Assembly (NCBI GenBank): GCA_000708835.1
Contig: DF237675.1
Span: 1-39,691 of the forward strand
Reading direction: 5' to 3'
Length of the DNA stretch: 39,691 bases
Source of the DNA: Klebsormidium nitens
Taxonomy: Eukaryota; Plantae; Klebsormidiophyceae
Shown: piece after piece, positions 38,515-39,691 of the stretch
Layout of the letters: the number at the start of each line of letters is the position of its first letter
How positions within the stretch are numbered: the stretch's first letter is position 1
Notes under the pieces: generated by a model
What the model was told of the DNA's origin: nothing
Databases searched by the model: none
Seen by the model: the letters and a program-made list of their open reading frames with translations, nothing else
Made by a program: the position numbers and the translations under genes

Positions 38515-39654
38515 CAGGTGGGTCGCCGAATCTAGATTTGCCAGGGAAGTTCGCTGAAGTGATAGCGCGACCGTTCGATCGGCGAACCTGGCTTGTTAAT
38601 CGTCCGATCGGGTTGTTGAGATTGGAGAGGAAGGGGCCTAAACAGAATCCGCAGACCATACTCCGACTGGACATGAAATTTCAAGTGGGACAGGCAGCCT
38701 GAGCGCACGGGATCGAGCAGCTGGGCGACTGGGCGCCATGCTTGTTCTCCACCCATGATGGCGCAGATGGCGGGCCCATGGCAGCCTAGCGCTGGTGGCG
38801 CTGCAGCTCAACGCTCATCTTCCTTTGATGAGCGTTCTCATCCTTCATCTTTCAGCTCATTAGAAACATCCAGGATGATTTTTGGGTTGGCATATCTCAT
38901 TCTTCCATGAAGCAATGGCTACAAGCTGAAATGCCTCTGAAATGCTAGGTTTTGATCTCCCGAAAAGCAAACGCTACGCTTCGCGAGCGCTTCGCAGCCG
39001 TGGGACAAGGGGTAAATGGTCACCTCTGAAGCCAAGAAAGATGTCTAAGCTTGCTAATTGAATGCACTAAAGCATACAATGTTTCATCACCGTACCTTCA
39101 CCGCCGCACCATGTACCTTGGACACCATGAGTGGCAGGGGACCGCACCGAAGGCAAACTCTACGCAACTGAAGCCTATATTATGGGATTTTTTACCTGAC
39201 GCTAGCCAGGATTTTTTCGGTAAATCCTGGCTAATTTTGAAAATGTTCCGGTAGAATAGGGGTTTTCCTAGCAGAAAATTCAAAAATTCCGGTAAGATAG
39301 TCAAATCCTGGCGGGCCGACGGCCCTCATACGGTGCTCCCTGGCAGGCCGCCAGGATGATTTCCGGTGACTCCTTTCCCTGGCTGGCGCCAAGGCCAAAA
39401 CCTTTGTTGCGTAGAGATCCTGGCTGGCCGTTCGGTGCTGTCCGTGTCGGCGCCGTGAACATCAGCCTGGGTCTAATGAGGAAGCTGGTTGAGCTCGGCA
39501 GCCATTGTTGAGCTGTCGTCAGCCTGCGTCATCTGCAAAAGCGAAATGTTTTTGCCGACCGTCCGATACATGGATCCCGACTTTTCGGCCCCTAAAACAC
39601 CGGAGCCAATGTGCTATCAGAACGGCTCAAATTCCAGATTCGGCGACCCACCTG
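38515..39654. mobile_element. TIR element family B copy 2, 1140 bp, same orientation as copy 1, carrying a nested insertion
   Basis: Same TIRs CAGGTGGGTCGCCGAATCT...AGATTCGGCGACCCACCTG. Flanked by direct repeat ATA (38512-14, 39655-57). Internal sequence collinear with 30117-30879 except for about 310 extra bp. Confidence 0.88.
39135..39446. mobile_element. Putative nested MITE (family C) inside B copy 2
   Basis: Absent from B copy 1. Ends are degenerate inverted repeats (GGACCGCACCGAA...CTCTACGCAAC vs GTTGCGTAGAG...TTCGGTGCTGTCC). Internal hairpin CCAGGATTT-N7-AAATCCTGG. Boundaries and TSD are approximate. Confidence 0.55.
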
Positions 39655-39691
39655 ATAGGGGACGCCGATTTCGGCACTGTACGACGCCGCG

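Overview
Eukaryotic, intron-rich nuclear DNA with plant-type genes, canonical GT-AG introns and GC-rich exons. My inference is a streptophyte alga (Klebsormidium-like); the sequence alone cannot confirm this. Most ORF-track entries are exon fragments, antisense shadows or repeat artefacts. Eight spliced genes could be reconstructed by hand: BASS3-like plastid Na+/metabolite symporter (+), TTC38-like TPR protein (-), a small putative plastid tail-anchored protein (+), a long coiled-coil protein with a TSNAXIP1-like region (-), ALB3 insertase (+), a PAS + pseudo-receiver protein with no visible kinase core (-), an unknown protein (+) and actin (-). Two nests of non-autonomous DNA transposons lie at about 29.5-30.9 kb and 37.4-39.7 kb. 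They comprise two copies of a pogo/Tc1-like MITE (TA TSD), two copies of an unclassified CAGG-ended TIR element (3-bp TSD), a Mutator-like foldback (245-bp arms, 9-bp TSD) just upstream of actin, and a nested MITE. The most interesting items are the kinase-less PAS/pseudo-receiver gene and the MITE in its 5' region, whose removal or near-precise splicing restores an open frame. No rRNA, tRNA or CRISPR array is supported.
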